Source: a plasmid
DNA: 64,000 nt
Strand: one strand, 5' to 3'
Sequence record: NZ_MK262712.1
The notes beneath the pieces were generated by a model that saw nothing but the letters and a program-made list of their open reading frames with translations, was not told the DNA's origin and did no database searches. The position numbers and the translations under genes were made by a program. Below are positions 27,734 through 37,653 of the stretch, piece after piece. Position 1 is the first letter of the stretch. Every line of letters begins with the position of its first letter.

Positions 27734-27982
27734 ATGGCATTTCAGGTACTAACCACTACTGCAGCAAGCATCACAGAGCTTAAACGTGATCCTATGGGCA
27801 CTTTCAATGCAGGAGAAGGTGCCCCTGTAGCCATACTGAATCGCAACGAACCCGCTTTTTACTGTGTACCGCCTGCTCTGTATGCTCAACTGATGGAGCT
27901 TCTTGAAGATCAGGAGCTGGGTCGTATTGCTGATGAGCGAATTGGTGAGGCGGTAATCGAGGTCAGTCTAGATGACTTATAA
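27734..27982 (+). CDS. stbD: Phd/YefM-family antitoxin (StbD-like).
   Basis: 82 aa, overlapping the toxin gene. Its N-terminus fits the YefM fold. Confidence 0.75.
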   Translation: MAFQVLTTTAASITELKRDPMGTFNAGEGAPVAILNRNEPAFYCVPPALYAQLMELLEDQELGRIADERIGEAVIEVSLDDL

Positions 27983-28256
27983 GCTGGCCTTTAATGAATC
28001 AGCTCTGAAAGAATGGAAAAAATTGGGCCATACCATTCGGGAACAATTCAAAAAGAAGCTCGCTGAGCGCCTGTTGAACCCACGGGTGCCCGCATCGCAA
28101 CTACATGGACGCAAAGACCAATACAAAATAAAGCTCCGTGGCGCAGGCTACCGACTGGTTTACAGTGTCAACGATGATGTTGTGACGGTCACCGTAATTG
28201 GCGTCGGTAAACGTGAGAATGATGATATTTACAATTTAACCAAACACAGAAATTAA
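27972..28256 (+). CDS. stbE: RelE/ParE-family toxin (StbE-like).
   Basis: 94 aa with a RelE-like pattern …YRLVYSVNDDVVTVTVIGVGKRENDDIY. Confidence 0.75.
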   Translation: MTYKLAFNESALKEWKKLGHTIREQFKKKLAERLLNPRVPASQLHGRKDQYKIKLRGAGYRLVYSVNDDVVTVTVIGVGKRENDDIYNLTKHRN

Positions 28257-28261
28257 GAGCC

Positions 28262-29690
28262 CATTCGTTCAGGTATTTAGTCACAAAAACAATCTTTACA
28301 TGTAATAAATAGTCGGAATACCGACTTCTGTTTATTTCCTGCACCTGTTGACTCCGTGATATATATATGGTTATTTATACAGGTTGTCTCAATACACTCT
28401 GAATGCAAAATGCTAATCCAGAAAGCGTATAAATACAGACTCAACCCGACAGATGCACAGGCGCAACGACTGCGTCAGATGTGCGGCTGCGCCCGTTTTG
28501 TCTGGAATTACGCCCTGGCAGAGACGCAGCGTATTCTTGAGGCCGGACAAAAACTCCCTTCCGCCTTTGAGCTGAATAAAATGCTGACAGGATGGAAGAA
28601 ATTACCTGACCTGGCGTTTTTATCTGATGCCTACACCGACAACCTTCAGCAGAAACTGAAAGACCTGCACGGGGCATGGATACGGTGCTTTGATAAAAAA
28701 CTGGCAGCGAAAGCGCCCGTGTTCAAACGTAAAACCCACGGCAATGATTCCGTTCGTTTCGTCAATTTTGACAAATACTGCCAGCTTGAGTACAGACGCG
28801 TTAAGTTACCCTCGGGGCTGGGCTGGGTGACATTCCGGCAGTCCCGGGCCGTTGTGGGTAAAATCAAAAACGCAACGGTCAGCCAGCACGCTGGCGGCTG
28901 GTATATCTCGTTTCAGGTAGAAATGGAGGTCGAACAGCCCGCGCACCCGTCAACGTCTGCTGTCGGCCTGGATGCCGGTATCTGCAAGCTGGTAACGCTG
29001 TCAGACGGCACGGTGTTTGAACCTGTCAACAGTTTTAAACAGAACCAAAGCAGACTGGCAAGGTTACAGCGCCAGCTTGCCCGTAAAGTGAAATTCAGCG
29101 CAAACTGGAAGAAGCAGAAAGCAAAAATTTCCCGCTTACACGCGCATATCACCAATATCCGCCGCGATTACCTTCATAAAGTCACGACAACAATCAGCAA
29201 AAACCACGCGATGATCGTTATTGAAGATTTGAAGGTTTCCAACATGGCGAAATCGGCAGCGGGTACGGCAGACGAGCCGGGGCGCAACGTTACGGCAAAA
29301 TCAGGTCTTAACCGGGCGATACTGGATCAGGGCTGGTACGAAATGCGCCGCCAGCTCGAATATAAGCAGCGATGGCGCGGCGGTGAGGTGCTGGCAGTAA
29401 ATCCGGCCTACACCAGCCAGAAATGCGCCTGCTGTGGTCATACCTCGAAGGAAAACCGTCAATCGCAGGCCACATTTGTCTGCGTGGCGTGTGGATACGA
29501 AGCGAATGCTGATGTAAACGGCGCTTGTAATATTTTAGCGGCAGGACATGCCGTACTTGCCTGTGGAGGGACGGTGCAGTCAGTCCGCCCGATGAAGCAG
29601 GAACCTGGCACTGAGCGATCAGTCGTCACCCACTAATGGGAATCCCCCTCCTGAATCGCGCAGCGTGAAGGTGGGGAGGATGTCAAATTC
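28262..29690 (+). mobile_element. IS200/IS605-family element lacking tnpA (an IS1341-like derivative). It has the left end, tnpB and a right end that encodes the omega-RNA scaffold.
   Basis: The left end keeps only about 50 bp of the tnpA 5' end when compared with the second copy at 30555. The right-end motif GGGAATCCCCCTCCTGAATCGCGCAGCGTGAAGGTGGGGAGGATGTCAA is shared with copy 2. Confidence 0.7.
28410..29636 (+). CDS. tnpB: TnpB RNA-guided endonuclease (IS605 OrfB family), copy 1.
   Basis: [14 protein letters not shown]… has a RuvC-like fold and CxxC…CxxC zinc finger. It is about 97% identical to copy 2 until the C-terminus diverges. Confidence 0.85.
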   Translation: MLIQKAYKYRLNPTDAQAQRLRQMCGCARFVWNYALAETQRILEAGQKLPSAFELNKMLTGWKKLPDLAFLSDAYTDNLQQKLKDLHGAWIRCFDKKLAAKAPVFKRKTHGNDSVRFVNFDKYCQLEYRRVKLPSGLGWVTFRQSRAVVGKIKNATVSQHAGGWYISFQVEMEVEQPAHPSTSAVGLDAGICKLVTLSDGTVFEPVNSFKQNQSRLARLQRQLARKVKFSANWKKQKAKISRLHAHITNIRRDYLHKVTTTISKNHAMIVIEDLKVSNMAKSAAGTADEPGRNVTAKSGLNRAILDQGWYEMRRQLEYKQRWRGGEVLAVNPAYTSQKCACCGHTSKENRQSQATFVCVACGYEANADVNGACNILAAGHAVLACGGTVQSVRPMKQEPGTERSVVTH

Positions 29691-29900
29691 CGTATAACAC
29701 GTTCTTGTTCTTCAGTACTTGATTACATCTTAATTCCCTTATGTTCCTGCATAAATCATTTCACATTCAGGAATTATTTTTGGAAATATAGGCTTTTTAG
29801 TTTTTTTCATGATTTTTTCCTCGTCACCGGTAGCTCAAGTTAACAGCCTCCCCCTCTCTGAAGAAGGGCGAGGATTACCACTTCAACGCAACCTACCTAA
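29690..29900. other. Diverged duplicate, about 80% identical, of the helicase gene's 5' end and upstream region (27403-27660). It lies immediately 3' of the TnpB copy-1 right end.
   Basis: Aligning by eye, GTATAACACGTTCTTGTTCTTCAGTACTTGATTACATCTTA… (29696-) matches GTATAACACGCTCTTGTTCTTCTGTACTCGATGACATCTTA… (27403-), and GGGCGAGGATTACCAC matches GGGCGAGGATTCCAAC. Confidence 0.7.
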
Positions 29901-29906
29901 ACCACA

Positions 29907-30116
29907 TTAAGCGGCTTTAGGGTTTACAGTCGCTCCGTGGGCTAATGTGATCAGCCCGACCGCTTTTATATTCTTCGCCGCATTTACGTCACTATCATGG
30001 TTAGCCCCACATTCAGGGCAAATCCATGACCTGACGTTAAGCGCCATTTTTGTCATGGTATAGACGCAACCGCTATAGCGTTTTGAGGACGGGAAAAACT
30101 GGTCAATGGCGACCAC
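29907..30116 (-). pseudogene. tnpB: C-terminal fragment of a third TnpB, carrying the zinc finger and RuvC-III region.
   Basis: …WICPECGANHDSDVNAAKNI… in a 69-aa ORF. Confidence 0.6.
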
Positions 30117-30209
30117 GGATCGCCCCGACCATCTTTTGTCTCAAAGGGTACTCCCACCGTGGCAGGCGGGAGGGGAATTTGAATTGACGCGCTAGCGTTA
30201 AAGGAACAT

Positions 30210-30608
30210 TTAGCCGCGCTGGTGCTGAATGTAGCGCTTTACGACTTCCAGCGGTGCTCCACCACATGACCCAACAAAGTAGCTGCGTGACCAGAGAACA
30301 GGCTTATTGTACGCCTCCCGCAAATCCAGAAATTCATTCCGTAGCCGCCGACTTGTGACGGCTTTCAGGCTGTTAACCAGTTTTGACAGTTGCACAGTTG
30401 GTGGGTATTCGACCAGCATGTGAACATGATCGGCTTCTCCGTCACATTCTTTCAGTACAGCACCGAAATCACCGCAAACTTCACCTGCATACTGATTTAC
30501 TTTTTCCAGATGTAACTCACCGAAAACTTTACGGCGGTACTTAGTCACAAAAACAATGTGAACATGTAATAAATAGGCAGAATGACGACTTCTGTTTATT
30601 TCCTGCAC
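30210..30608 (-). CDS. tnpA: IS200/IS605 TnpA (Y1 HUH transposase).
   Basis: 132 aa with the HVHMLV (HUH) motif and a catalytic Tyr region (…SRSYFVGSCGG). Confidence 0.85.
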   Translation of the reverse strand: MQEINRSRHSAYLLHVHIVFVTKYRRKVFGELHLEKVNQYAGEVCGDFGAVLKECDGEADHVHMLVEYPPTVQLSKLVNSLKAVTSRRLRNEFLDLREAYNKPVLWSRSYFVGSCGGAPLEVVKRYIQHQRG

Positions 30609-30673
30609 CTGTTGACTCCGTGATGTACATATGGTTATTTATACAGGTTATCTCAATACACACTGAATGCAAA

Positions 30674-31861
30674 ATGCTAATCCAGAAAGCGTATAAATAC
30701 AGACTCAATCCGACAGATGCACAGGCGCAACGACTGCGTCAGATGTGCGGCTGCGCCCGTTTTGTCTGGAATTACGCCCTGGCAGAGACGCAGCGTATTC
30801 TTGAGGCCGGACAAAAACTCCCTTCCGCCTTTGAGCTGAATAAAATGCTGACAGGATGGAAGAAATTACCTGACCTGGCGTTTTTATCTGATGCCTACAC
30901 CGACAACCTTCAGCAGAAACTGAAAGACCTGCACGGGGCATGGATACGGTGCTTTGATAAAAAACTGGCAGCGAAAGCGCCCGTGTTCAAACGTAAAACC
31001 CACGGCAATGATTCCGTTCGTTTCGTCAATTTTGACAAATACTGCCAGCTTGAGTACAGACGCGTTAAGTTACCCTCGGGGCTGGGCTGGGTGACATTCC
31101 GGCAGTCCCGGGCCGTTGTGGGTAAAATCAAAAACGCAACGGTCAGCCAGCACGCTGGCGGCTGGTATATCTCGTTTCAGGTAGAAATGGAGGTCGAACA
31201 GCCCGCGCACCCGTCAACGTCTGCTGTCGGCCTGGATGCCGGTATCTGCAAGCTGGTAACGCTGTCAGACGGCACGGTGTTTGAACCTGTCAACAGTTTT
31301 AAACAGAACCAAAGCAGACTGGCAAGGTTACAGCGCCAGCTTGCCCGTAAAGTGAAATTCAGTGCGAACTGGAAGAAGCAGAAAGCAAGAATTTCCCGCT
31401 TACATTCGCATATCGCCAACATCCGCCGCGATTACCTTCACAAAGTCACGACAACAATCAGCAAAAACCACGCGATGATCGTTATTGAAGATTTGAAGGT
31501 TTCCAACATGTCGAAATCGGCAGCGGGTACGGTAGACGAGCCGGGGCGCAACGTTGCGGCAAAATCAGGTCTTAACCGGGCGATACTGGATCAGGGCTGG
31601 TACGAAATGCGCCGCCAGCTCGAATATAAGCAGCGATGGCGCGGCGGTGAGGTGCTGGCAGTAAATCCGGCATATACCAGCCAGAAATGCGCGCGTTGCG
31701 GTCATACAGTAAAGGAAAATCGTCAATCGCAGGCAGTATTTGTCTGCGTGGCGTGTGGATACGAAGCGAACGCCGACATAAACGGCGCTCAAAATATTCT
31801 CGCGGCAGGACATGCCGTGTTGTCCGGGATTAACCCCGGACGCGCCCGTAAGGCGGCGTAA
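30674..31861 (+). CDS. tnpB: TnpB RNA-guided endonuclease, copy 2.
   Basis: Same N-terminus as copy 1; the C-terminus differs (…AGHAVLSGINPGRARKAA). Confidence 0.85.
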   Translation: MLIQKAYKYRLNPTDAQAQRLRQMCGCARFVWNYALAETQRILEAGQKLPSAFELNKMLTGWKKLPDLAFLSDAYTDNLQQKLKDLHGAWIRCFDKKLAAKAPVFKRKTHGNDSVRFVNFDKYCQLEYRRVKLPSGLGWVTFRQSRAVVGKIKNATVSQHAGGWYISFQVEMEVEQPAHPSTSAVGLDAGICKLVTLSDGTVFEPVNSFKQNQSRLARLQRQLARKVKFSANWKKQKARISRLHSHIANIRRDYLHKVTTTISKNHAMIVIEDLKVSNMSKSAAGTVDEPGRNVAAKSGLNRAILDQGWYEMRRQLEYKQRWRGGEVLAVNPAYTSQKCARCGHTVKENRQSQAVFVCVACGYEANADINGAQNILAAGHAVLSGINPGRARKAA

Positions 31862-31905
31862 GCCGTTAAGCGAGGAACCGGGCAATGCGGTAACGCGTTG
31901 CTACC

Positions 31906-33023
31906 CTACAAAGGGAATCCCCTTCCTGATTCACGTAGTGAGAAGGTGGGGGAGGATGTCAAGTAGCTGAACATTTCCAGGAACGATATTGCAGCGCCTG
32001 AGATGTTCAGCCAGAGTTGCCCTTGACTGACCATGGCGTTGGTTCGTTTCATGCTCGCTTCGAAGAGTTGGTAATCTGCGGCGATACCCAACGACTTGCG
32101 ATACTGCAGCACACCTTTATCTATTTGGTTGAGGACAAAAGCCCCTGTGGTGATATCGTGAGCCTGACCAGCGCTTCCAAAAAGCGAAGACGCCACACCT
32201 TGCAGAAAGTCACTTTTTTGTCCTGACTCTTCTTTAGCCGATTCAACAAACTGATTCATCTGCCCTATACGTTTCATGATAGATACGCCCAGGCGTCGGA
32301 ACAGGATGCATACTGCAGTCCGGTGGATGTCACCATGTGGACGCTGGCCGTCTTCAGGCTGTTTGTCGTCATTGAATCCATCACCGTTTCTATTGAACCA
32401 AGATCAGTGACATAGATTTCATTTAACGCCACCCCTCTTAGTGGGGTCTGAACCTCTGAGTCCTGGGTCGTTTTAATACAATCGCGTGCAATAGACTGGA
32501 TGATTCTGCAGACATCAAAGGCGACAGGTTTTTCACTCCCGCTCATCGTATTCGGGAAAGCCTGACAGAACCCACTGGATTCCCCGCCCCACTCCATATA
32601 TTTGACCATTTTTGTCATTGGCCCCAGCGTCAGGCTGTCATCGAGCGTGTCAGTGACCTGCCCCACCGGCGTAAGCGGGTCAAACGCTGCTCGCCAGTCC
32701 GTAATTAGCCCGTGAAGTAATCCGGTTGTCAGTTAACCGGTTGACGCGATAAATAACGGTACATTGTCTATGTTCCTGACCTCCCCTGTTTTAACCGATT
32801 CCAGAGTGACATCGGCTTTAATGACGGGAATTGAATAGAACAGCAACCCCATTATCCAGCAGAAGATCGGGACTTCGTTTTTTGTGGGGGCAAGGACCCA
32901 CCGCAGGGATTTATAAAAAAGTCCAATTGCTGCTGCATATTCAGCAAATCTGAGCCATTCATTGGATCCGTGAGTGGAAATAATCAGCGCGATCCCGTAA
33001 AAGCCGTATAAACAAAATCGATA
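31906..33023 (-). pseudogene. Disrupted gene on the tra-operon strand. It has a hydrophobic N-terminal segment followed by a soluble domain and may be a TraG- or TraH-like mating-pair gene. It carries an in-frame TAA at 32733-32735 and a frameshift near 32275, and its 3' end is truncated by the IS605 right end.
   Basis: I translated the minus strand by hand. Segment A (33023-32736) reads …GIALIISTHGSNEWLRFAEYAAAIGLFYKSLRWVLAPTKNEVPIFCWIMGLLFYSIPV…. After the stop it continues in the same frame (…LTPVGQVTDTLDDSL…), then shifts frame into the 31906..32277 ORF, whose last codons lie inside the TnpB right end. Confidence 0.45.
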
Positions 33024-33561
33024 TCACTAATGGTATATATAGTAAAGTTGCTCATTTACCCCCCTACACTGTATTGAGGGTAGCTGACCTCTATTAGATA
33101 CGTTGAATCTATGCCGAAAACGACGTCTCATGTTGAGTTTGAAAGTTGCATTAAATCGACTCCTGACAGTACTACTGGGAAAAGTAACTCTTCTAAAAAA
33201 GTTACTTTTTGGTAGTTTCTCCTCGAAGGTTTCGAGGCATGGTGTAAAGCACTTATGCCTCCTGGTAGAAGGTTCACTTTTTTCTCGCCATACAAACAAT
33301 TAACAACGCTGAGTATCTTTCTATGTCTTATCATCTTTTCAGCCCATTGGTGCAATCTATATATTTTCACATAGTTGAATTTTATTTCTTCCAAATAAGG
33401 GTAGGGAAAATCGAAAAAGTTGATTTTTTTTTGGACAGGTATATTTTCAACTTTAACGCCTGTTTTTGAGTTTGGTTACTCAGATGTCCAACCGAAAAAT
33501 AGTATCTTGCACGTGCATAATTTTATGAAATAATGATGGAAACAACCACTGGGGCATTTCA

Positions 33562-34410
33562 ATGAAAAAAACATTATTAGCTATCCTCACATGCACTCTT
33601 CTGGCCGGATGCGCCACTCAACCACAGAGCCCAGATAACCGTATGTTCACAAAAGAACACGGTGTTTACTGGCATGCAGATCCTCAAAAATCGGTGGCAA
33701 CGAACGCATACGCACTTGCAGGTGTACCAGTAAATGTAGATGAAGCAGAGAATGCAGGAGGGGGAGTTGATGAAGGTCTTGCTTCAAAAATGCTTCTGAA
33801 CACTGCTACCGGTGTAATAACAGGCGGGCTTAAAGCTGGAATTGGGATGTTTACGGCATCACTCTACAGCGAGGCTGATGCTGAATTTCTCATGGTTCCA
33901 CAGAGTGTGGTTTTCGTTTCAAATCCTCGCAATCTTCCTTATGACGACCCATCACTTATAAAAGAAGGGGCCAGAATTGTTATCGAGTCAATAAAGGAAC
34001 AACCTAAAATTTTAGGTGCAACTTATGAGGGTCAAATAAACGCCTTGAACGCATGCACAATCTCAAAATCTTCAATGGGACCTTGGGATAGTTGCGAACT
34101 TAAATCAAAGGTAGAAAACTCAGGGGATGTAGGAAGTGAGTTCTTCAAATACCAGGTTATCCGGCCAGCAACTGGTGATGAATTAGCTCAGCTTTCGTTG
34201 CCAAAAGGTAATTACTCGATAATTCGATATACTAATATTTTTAGTAAGAATGCTACATTTATGACTAATAACTTTCCAGGTTTTATTCTACAGCCTCAAT
34301 CAAAGAAAACAGCACCTGGATTTCCTAGTGTGACAATTAATAATCTTGAATATTATTTTATTAAAGGTGATCTTGGAAAGAAAGGATTTCCTCATAAGAA
34401 AGAAATATAA
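33562..34410 (+). CDS. Lipoprotein (282 aa).
   Basis: Signal peptide with lipobox LLAGC (MKKTLLAILTCTLLAGCATQP). Confidence 0.5.
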   Translation: MKKTLLAILTCTLLAGCATQPQSPDNRMFTKEHGVYWHADPQKSVATNAYALAGVPVNVDEAENAGGGVDEGLASKMLLNTATGVITGGLKAGIGMFTASLYSEADAEFLMVPQSVVFVSNPRNLPYDDPSLIKEGARIVIESIKEQPKILGATYEGQINALNACTISKSSMGPWDSCELKSKVENSGDVGSEFFKYQVIRPATGDELAQLSLPKGNYSIIRYTNIFSKNATFMTNNFPGFILQPQSKKTAPGFPSVTINNLEYYFIKGDLGKKGFPHKKEI

Positions 34411-34432
34411 TCCGGATTTGTCAGTGAACGGA

Positions 34433-34460
34433 AAGGCCGGGTCTCCGGCCTCCTACTTTT
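34433..34460. terminator. Bidirectional terminator between the lipoprotein gene and traN.
   Basis: GGCCGGGTCTCCGGCC hairpin followed by a T-rich stretch. Confidence 0.5.
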
Positions 34461-37400
34461 AATTAATTGAATTACCAGTTACAGGATCAACGTAGACAGA
34501 GCCTACCTCACATACACTTGGTCTCGGAAGGTATGAACAATCTACATTGTTGCCATTAATTGCCTGCACATTCTCTTCTCTCGCTTTGGTCATATTGATA
34601 CTACCCCCCATCGACTCCAGTGTTCGCTCCGAGGACAATTGCGCCTCGTTATTTTTATATGGACCCATATTAGCTACAGAACTCTCTGTGAATGCTGCGT
34701 ATTCATCCGGGACTTCCCCCGCGACAACTGCTGATTCAATATACTCAGTCATATCTATTTTATCCCAGTCAAGTTGCTGGACCTGTGAGATAGTTAATCC
34801 CACACAACCACTTTCTACAGGATTAATTCCCAATTGCGGATATGCCTGCTGCATTATTACCCTTGATAATAAAGAGTTATAACAGCACATGTCGGTTGCT
34901 TTTTTAATGCACTTCTTAGTGAAGCCAACGTTGAGATATTTAACGCAACGATCTGTATCAATAACAAAACATGCCCCTTGGTTTTTGTGAATTGACGCTT
35001 CCATCTCTTTTTGGTCACAAGCCAGAAGCATTTCGAGAAGCATTTTTGTGATTTGATAAGCAGTATATATCCAACCAACTATGTTTAAAGCTAACATAAA
35101 ATTCTGAACAGCACTTGAGAAAACTGCCTGTCCAAGTTGTGTGGTGGCCGTCTTATCAAACACAAAGTCCCTGATTGCATCGGGCAACATATCGTAAGCT
35201 TTATTCATCAACTGCTGTTTTATTGCAGCGAGACCGCCGGTCTGTAACCCATCTTTGGTGAGCTCTGTTGTAACAGCTGAACCTCCCCCTTCAACTGTTG
35301 AAGAGCCAATAAGTCTCGAGACGTTTCCTGCTATTGATTCATAAGCAGAAGTTAGTGGTTCAGTCACGCGTTGCCACATTTGGCCCACGCTTGAAGATAC
35401 ACCGGAGGTCCATTGTCCGACAGAGTTCGTCATCGATGCCCACGTACCTGACTCACCACCAGTCCAGGTTGTCAGCTTTGCTGATATTTTTTCCCAGTTT
35501 GTGTTTCTGAGCATTGTCCCGGCTAAGATAATTGCCTCTAGTTTTCCGGCTGCACCTTTAGGAGCTTCGCAGCAATCTGTTTTTGCCAACCCGTTTACAA
35601 AGCCTACAGAACGGCCACACCATTGCTTCTCTCCGGAGAAGACAATGCAACTATTGGGGTCGTTAGGGTCACTACACATAGCATCGCCCTGCATGTTCTG
35701 AACCATGCTGCTATAGGCTGCGACCTTACCGAAATCACTGTTTTGTTCATTCGCACCGGTATTACAAGTACCTCCTGAACATGGGATCATGCCTACGCAG
35801 GTGTTTGCTTCGTTTGTTACTGTCACAGTCCTTGTTATTCCTTCATCACAGGTCCACTTTTGTTCGTACATGTAACATTGATTAGTAGCAGAATCGAACC
35901 ATCCCTCAGCGCATGTTTGACTGGACATAGTGCATGCAGAGTTTGTAGAGTATTTTGAACATGCATCAGGCATATTCTTTATCTGGTCATAATTGTAACA
36001 AGCCTCATTGCCATTCTCATCTTTAAGAATATTTCCTGATGCATCATACTGACATAATTTTTCTTTCCCTAACGGATCGCAAAAATATCCTTCTAGATTA
36101 GTTTTCCAGGTTAAGTTACCTTGGTCTCCTTCATATAAAGGTGATGCATATTGCAATATCGATTGTGGTAAACGTTTAGTGCCTACATCAAGATCGGCAA
36201 AACGATCAAACCTGCAAAATGAACCTGTTTGTTTAACAACATCGTAGCAGCCAGGTGGGTCCTGTATATGTTTATCTTCAAGTTTGATATTTTCAAAAAT
36301 TAGTTCTACTTCAAAGTACCCTTCACCGTTACCCCCGACCCATACAGTAGATGACATTTCAACTTCGTGGTCACTTTCTTTGTACACGGATTCTGAAACT
36401 TGGCGCGTTATATCAATAGGTTCCTTTAATTTATTCGATTTATTTCTCTCCATGCCATTACGTGGTGGGCCATAACCAGGTTCGCGATATTCACCATCGA
36501 TATGAGCAAAAATCTGCTTGCCATCAAGATTAACTTGCATGTGGTCATCCCACTCAGCATTTACTATGCTTGCTGATTTTAAGATAGCGTCCTGGTGGAA
36601 ATGAAGCGTCATGCTATTGTCATAAACACCACCAGACCAGTAGTCATTACCACGCTTTCCGAACCAGATACGTATACAGTTATCGCCACATACGCTTAGG
36701 TCACCATTACCACCAGAGATGTAAACTGGTACACTGAAGTCACGTGTAATAGTGCAACTACCATAATTATCTTTTTTAGGTGCGTTACAGTAATATTCCT
36801 TATAATCAGGAATATGTTTTTCTTTTGTTGTAGTTGTGGTCTGTGTTGAACAGTTTTGCAACCATTGACCCGTACCAGCCGCTGCGTTTGCTATTTCATT
36901 TCTGCCACTTGTAAACATTGGGTCATTTGGCGAAATATTAGGGGCTGGATTGGATTTTGTTGCAGCCACCAGCGAACGATATGCTTGCCCATCATAACTA
37001 TTAGCAGTGAATAATTGACTCTTACGAGTTTTTATATCGTTAATGAATCCTTTCTCGTCACCATAACTATCACCAGCATTAAACTGAACATCAGCATTAT
37101 TTTGCTCTGAACTATACATTTCAGCTGTATTGGTACTAGTGATCGCGCCTCCAGGATTGGGGTTGTTACTTATAGATATACTTCCATCCTGGTTACGTGA
37201 AAGTAACTTTCCACCGTTTTCTGAACCTTTTATGTTTATATTATTACCGTTCATGTTGGGTAGCATTACCGTACCAGCGATGTCCGAACCATCAGTTTTG
37301 GCATAATTCAAAACATCATCATTTGTGAATGTTTTTCCACCATATTTCTTCAGGTCCATTGACGAACTGTTAGTACTATCAAAACCATTTATTTTGTCGG

Positions 37401-37644
37401 TATAAGAAGGATTTTCACTATTCTTATATTTTTCTAAAATGTCCTCTGTAGTTACTGTTGAAGTTCTGTTCGCTGCAGGATTAGCAAGATCAAAATTGTT
37501 TTCCAGTTGTTCATAAATTTCGTTTGCCGCATATACTTTCGGTGCCATCACAATATTGAGAAGCGTGACATAATACGCCCAACTGAGCGTATTAGTTACG
37601 ATTGACACAGCTACGGCTAAGGAAACAGCCCTTTTAAATATCAT
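34459..37644 (-). CDS. traN: TraN-like Cys-rich outer-membrane mating-pair stabilisation protein (large variant, 1061 aa).
   Basis: A signal peptide and many conserved-looking Cys pairs in the C-terminal half (…CCEAP…CCYNSLL…). It sits immediately downstream of traU, as in F/H-like systems. Confidence 0.65.
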   Translation of the reverse strand: MIFKRAVSLAVAVSIVTNTLSWAYYVTLLNIVMAPKVYAANEIYEQLENNFDLANPAANRTSTVTTEDILEKYKNSENPSYTDKINGFDSTNSSSMDLKKYGGKTFTNDDVLNYAKTDGSDIAGTVMLPNMNGNNINIKGSENGGKLLSRNQDGSISISNNPNPGGAITSTNTAEMYSSEQNNADVQFNAGDSYGDEKGFINDIKTRKSQLFTANSYDGQAYRSLVAATKSNPAPNISPNDPMFTSGRNEIANAAAGTGQWLQNCSTQTTTTTKEKHIPDYKEYYCNAPKKDNYGSCTITRDFSVPVYISGGNGDLSVCGDNCIRIWFGKRGNDYWSGGVYDNSMTLHFHQDAILKSASIVNAEWDDHMQVNLDGKQIFAHIDGEYREPGYGPPRNGMERNKSNKLKEPIDITRQVSESVYKESDHEVEMSSTVWVGGNGEGYFEVELIFENIKLEDKHIQDPPGCYDVVKQTGSFCRFDRFADLDVGTKRLPQSILQYASPLYEGDQGNLTWKTNLEGYFCDPLGKEKLCQYDASGNILKDENGNEACYNYDQIKNMPDACSKYSTNSACTMSSQTCAEGWFDSATNQCYMYEQKWTCDEGITRTVTVTNEANTCVGMIPCSGGTCNTGANEQNSDFGKVAAYSSMVQNMQGDAMCSDPNDPNSCIVFSGEKQWCGRSVGFVNGLAKTDCCEAPKGAAGKLEAIILAGTMLRNTNWEKISAKLTTWTGGESGTWASMTNSVGQWTSGVSSSVGQMWQRVTEPLTSAYESIAGNVSRLIGSSTVEGGGSAVTTELTKDGLQTGGLAAIKQQLMNKAYDMLPDAIRDFVFDKTATTQLGQAVFSSAVQNFMLALNIVGWIYTAYQITKMLLEMLLACDQKEMEASIHKNQGACFVIDTDRCVKYLNVGFTKKCIKKATDMCCYNSLLSRVIMQQAYPQLGINPVESGCVGLTISQVQQLDWDKIDMTEYIESAVVAGEVPDEYAAFTESSVANMGPYKNNEAQLSSERTLESMGGSINMTKAREENVQAINGNNVDCSYLPRPSVCEVGSVYVDPVTGNSIN

Positions 37645-37653
37645 CTTGACCCC

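Larger units (their letters stand above)
30120..31945 (+). mobile_element. IS200/IS605-family element with divergent tnpA and tnpB (IS605/IS609-like organisation), copy 2. It is inserted into a conjugation-region gene.
   Basis: tnpA lies on the minus strand and tnpB on the plus strand. The shared right-end motif lies at 31912-31960. The 3' end of the disrupted neighbouring ORF reads into this right end. Confidence 0.7.

Noticed and set aside
28441-31422. Antisense and off-frame ORFs inside the two TnpB genes (28441..28677, 28646..28867, 28913..29155, 30705..30941, 30910..31131, 31177..31422, 31565..31885).
   Set aside because: They are duplicated in both IS copies only because the DNA is duplicated. 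They overlap the well-supported TnpB frames and have no protein-like composition.
33027-33394. The ORFs 33027..33299(-) and 33128..33394(-) upstream of the disrupted tra-like gene.
   Set aside because: Their translations are highly basic and low-complexity and they overlap each other out of frame. The region is more likely promoter or leader DNA; it carries two palindrome copies.
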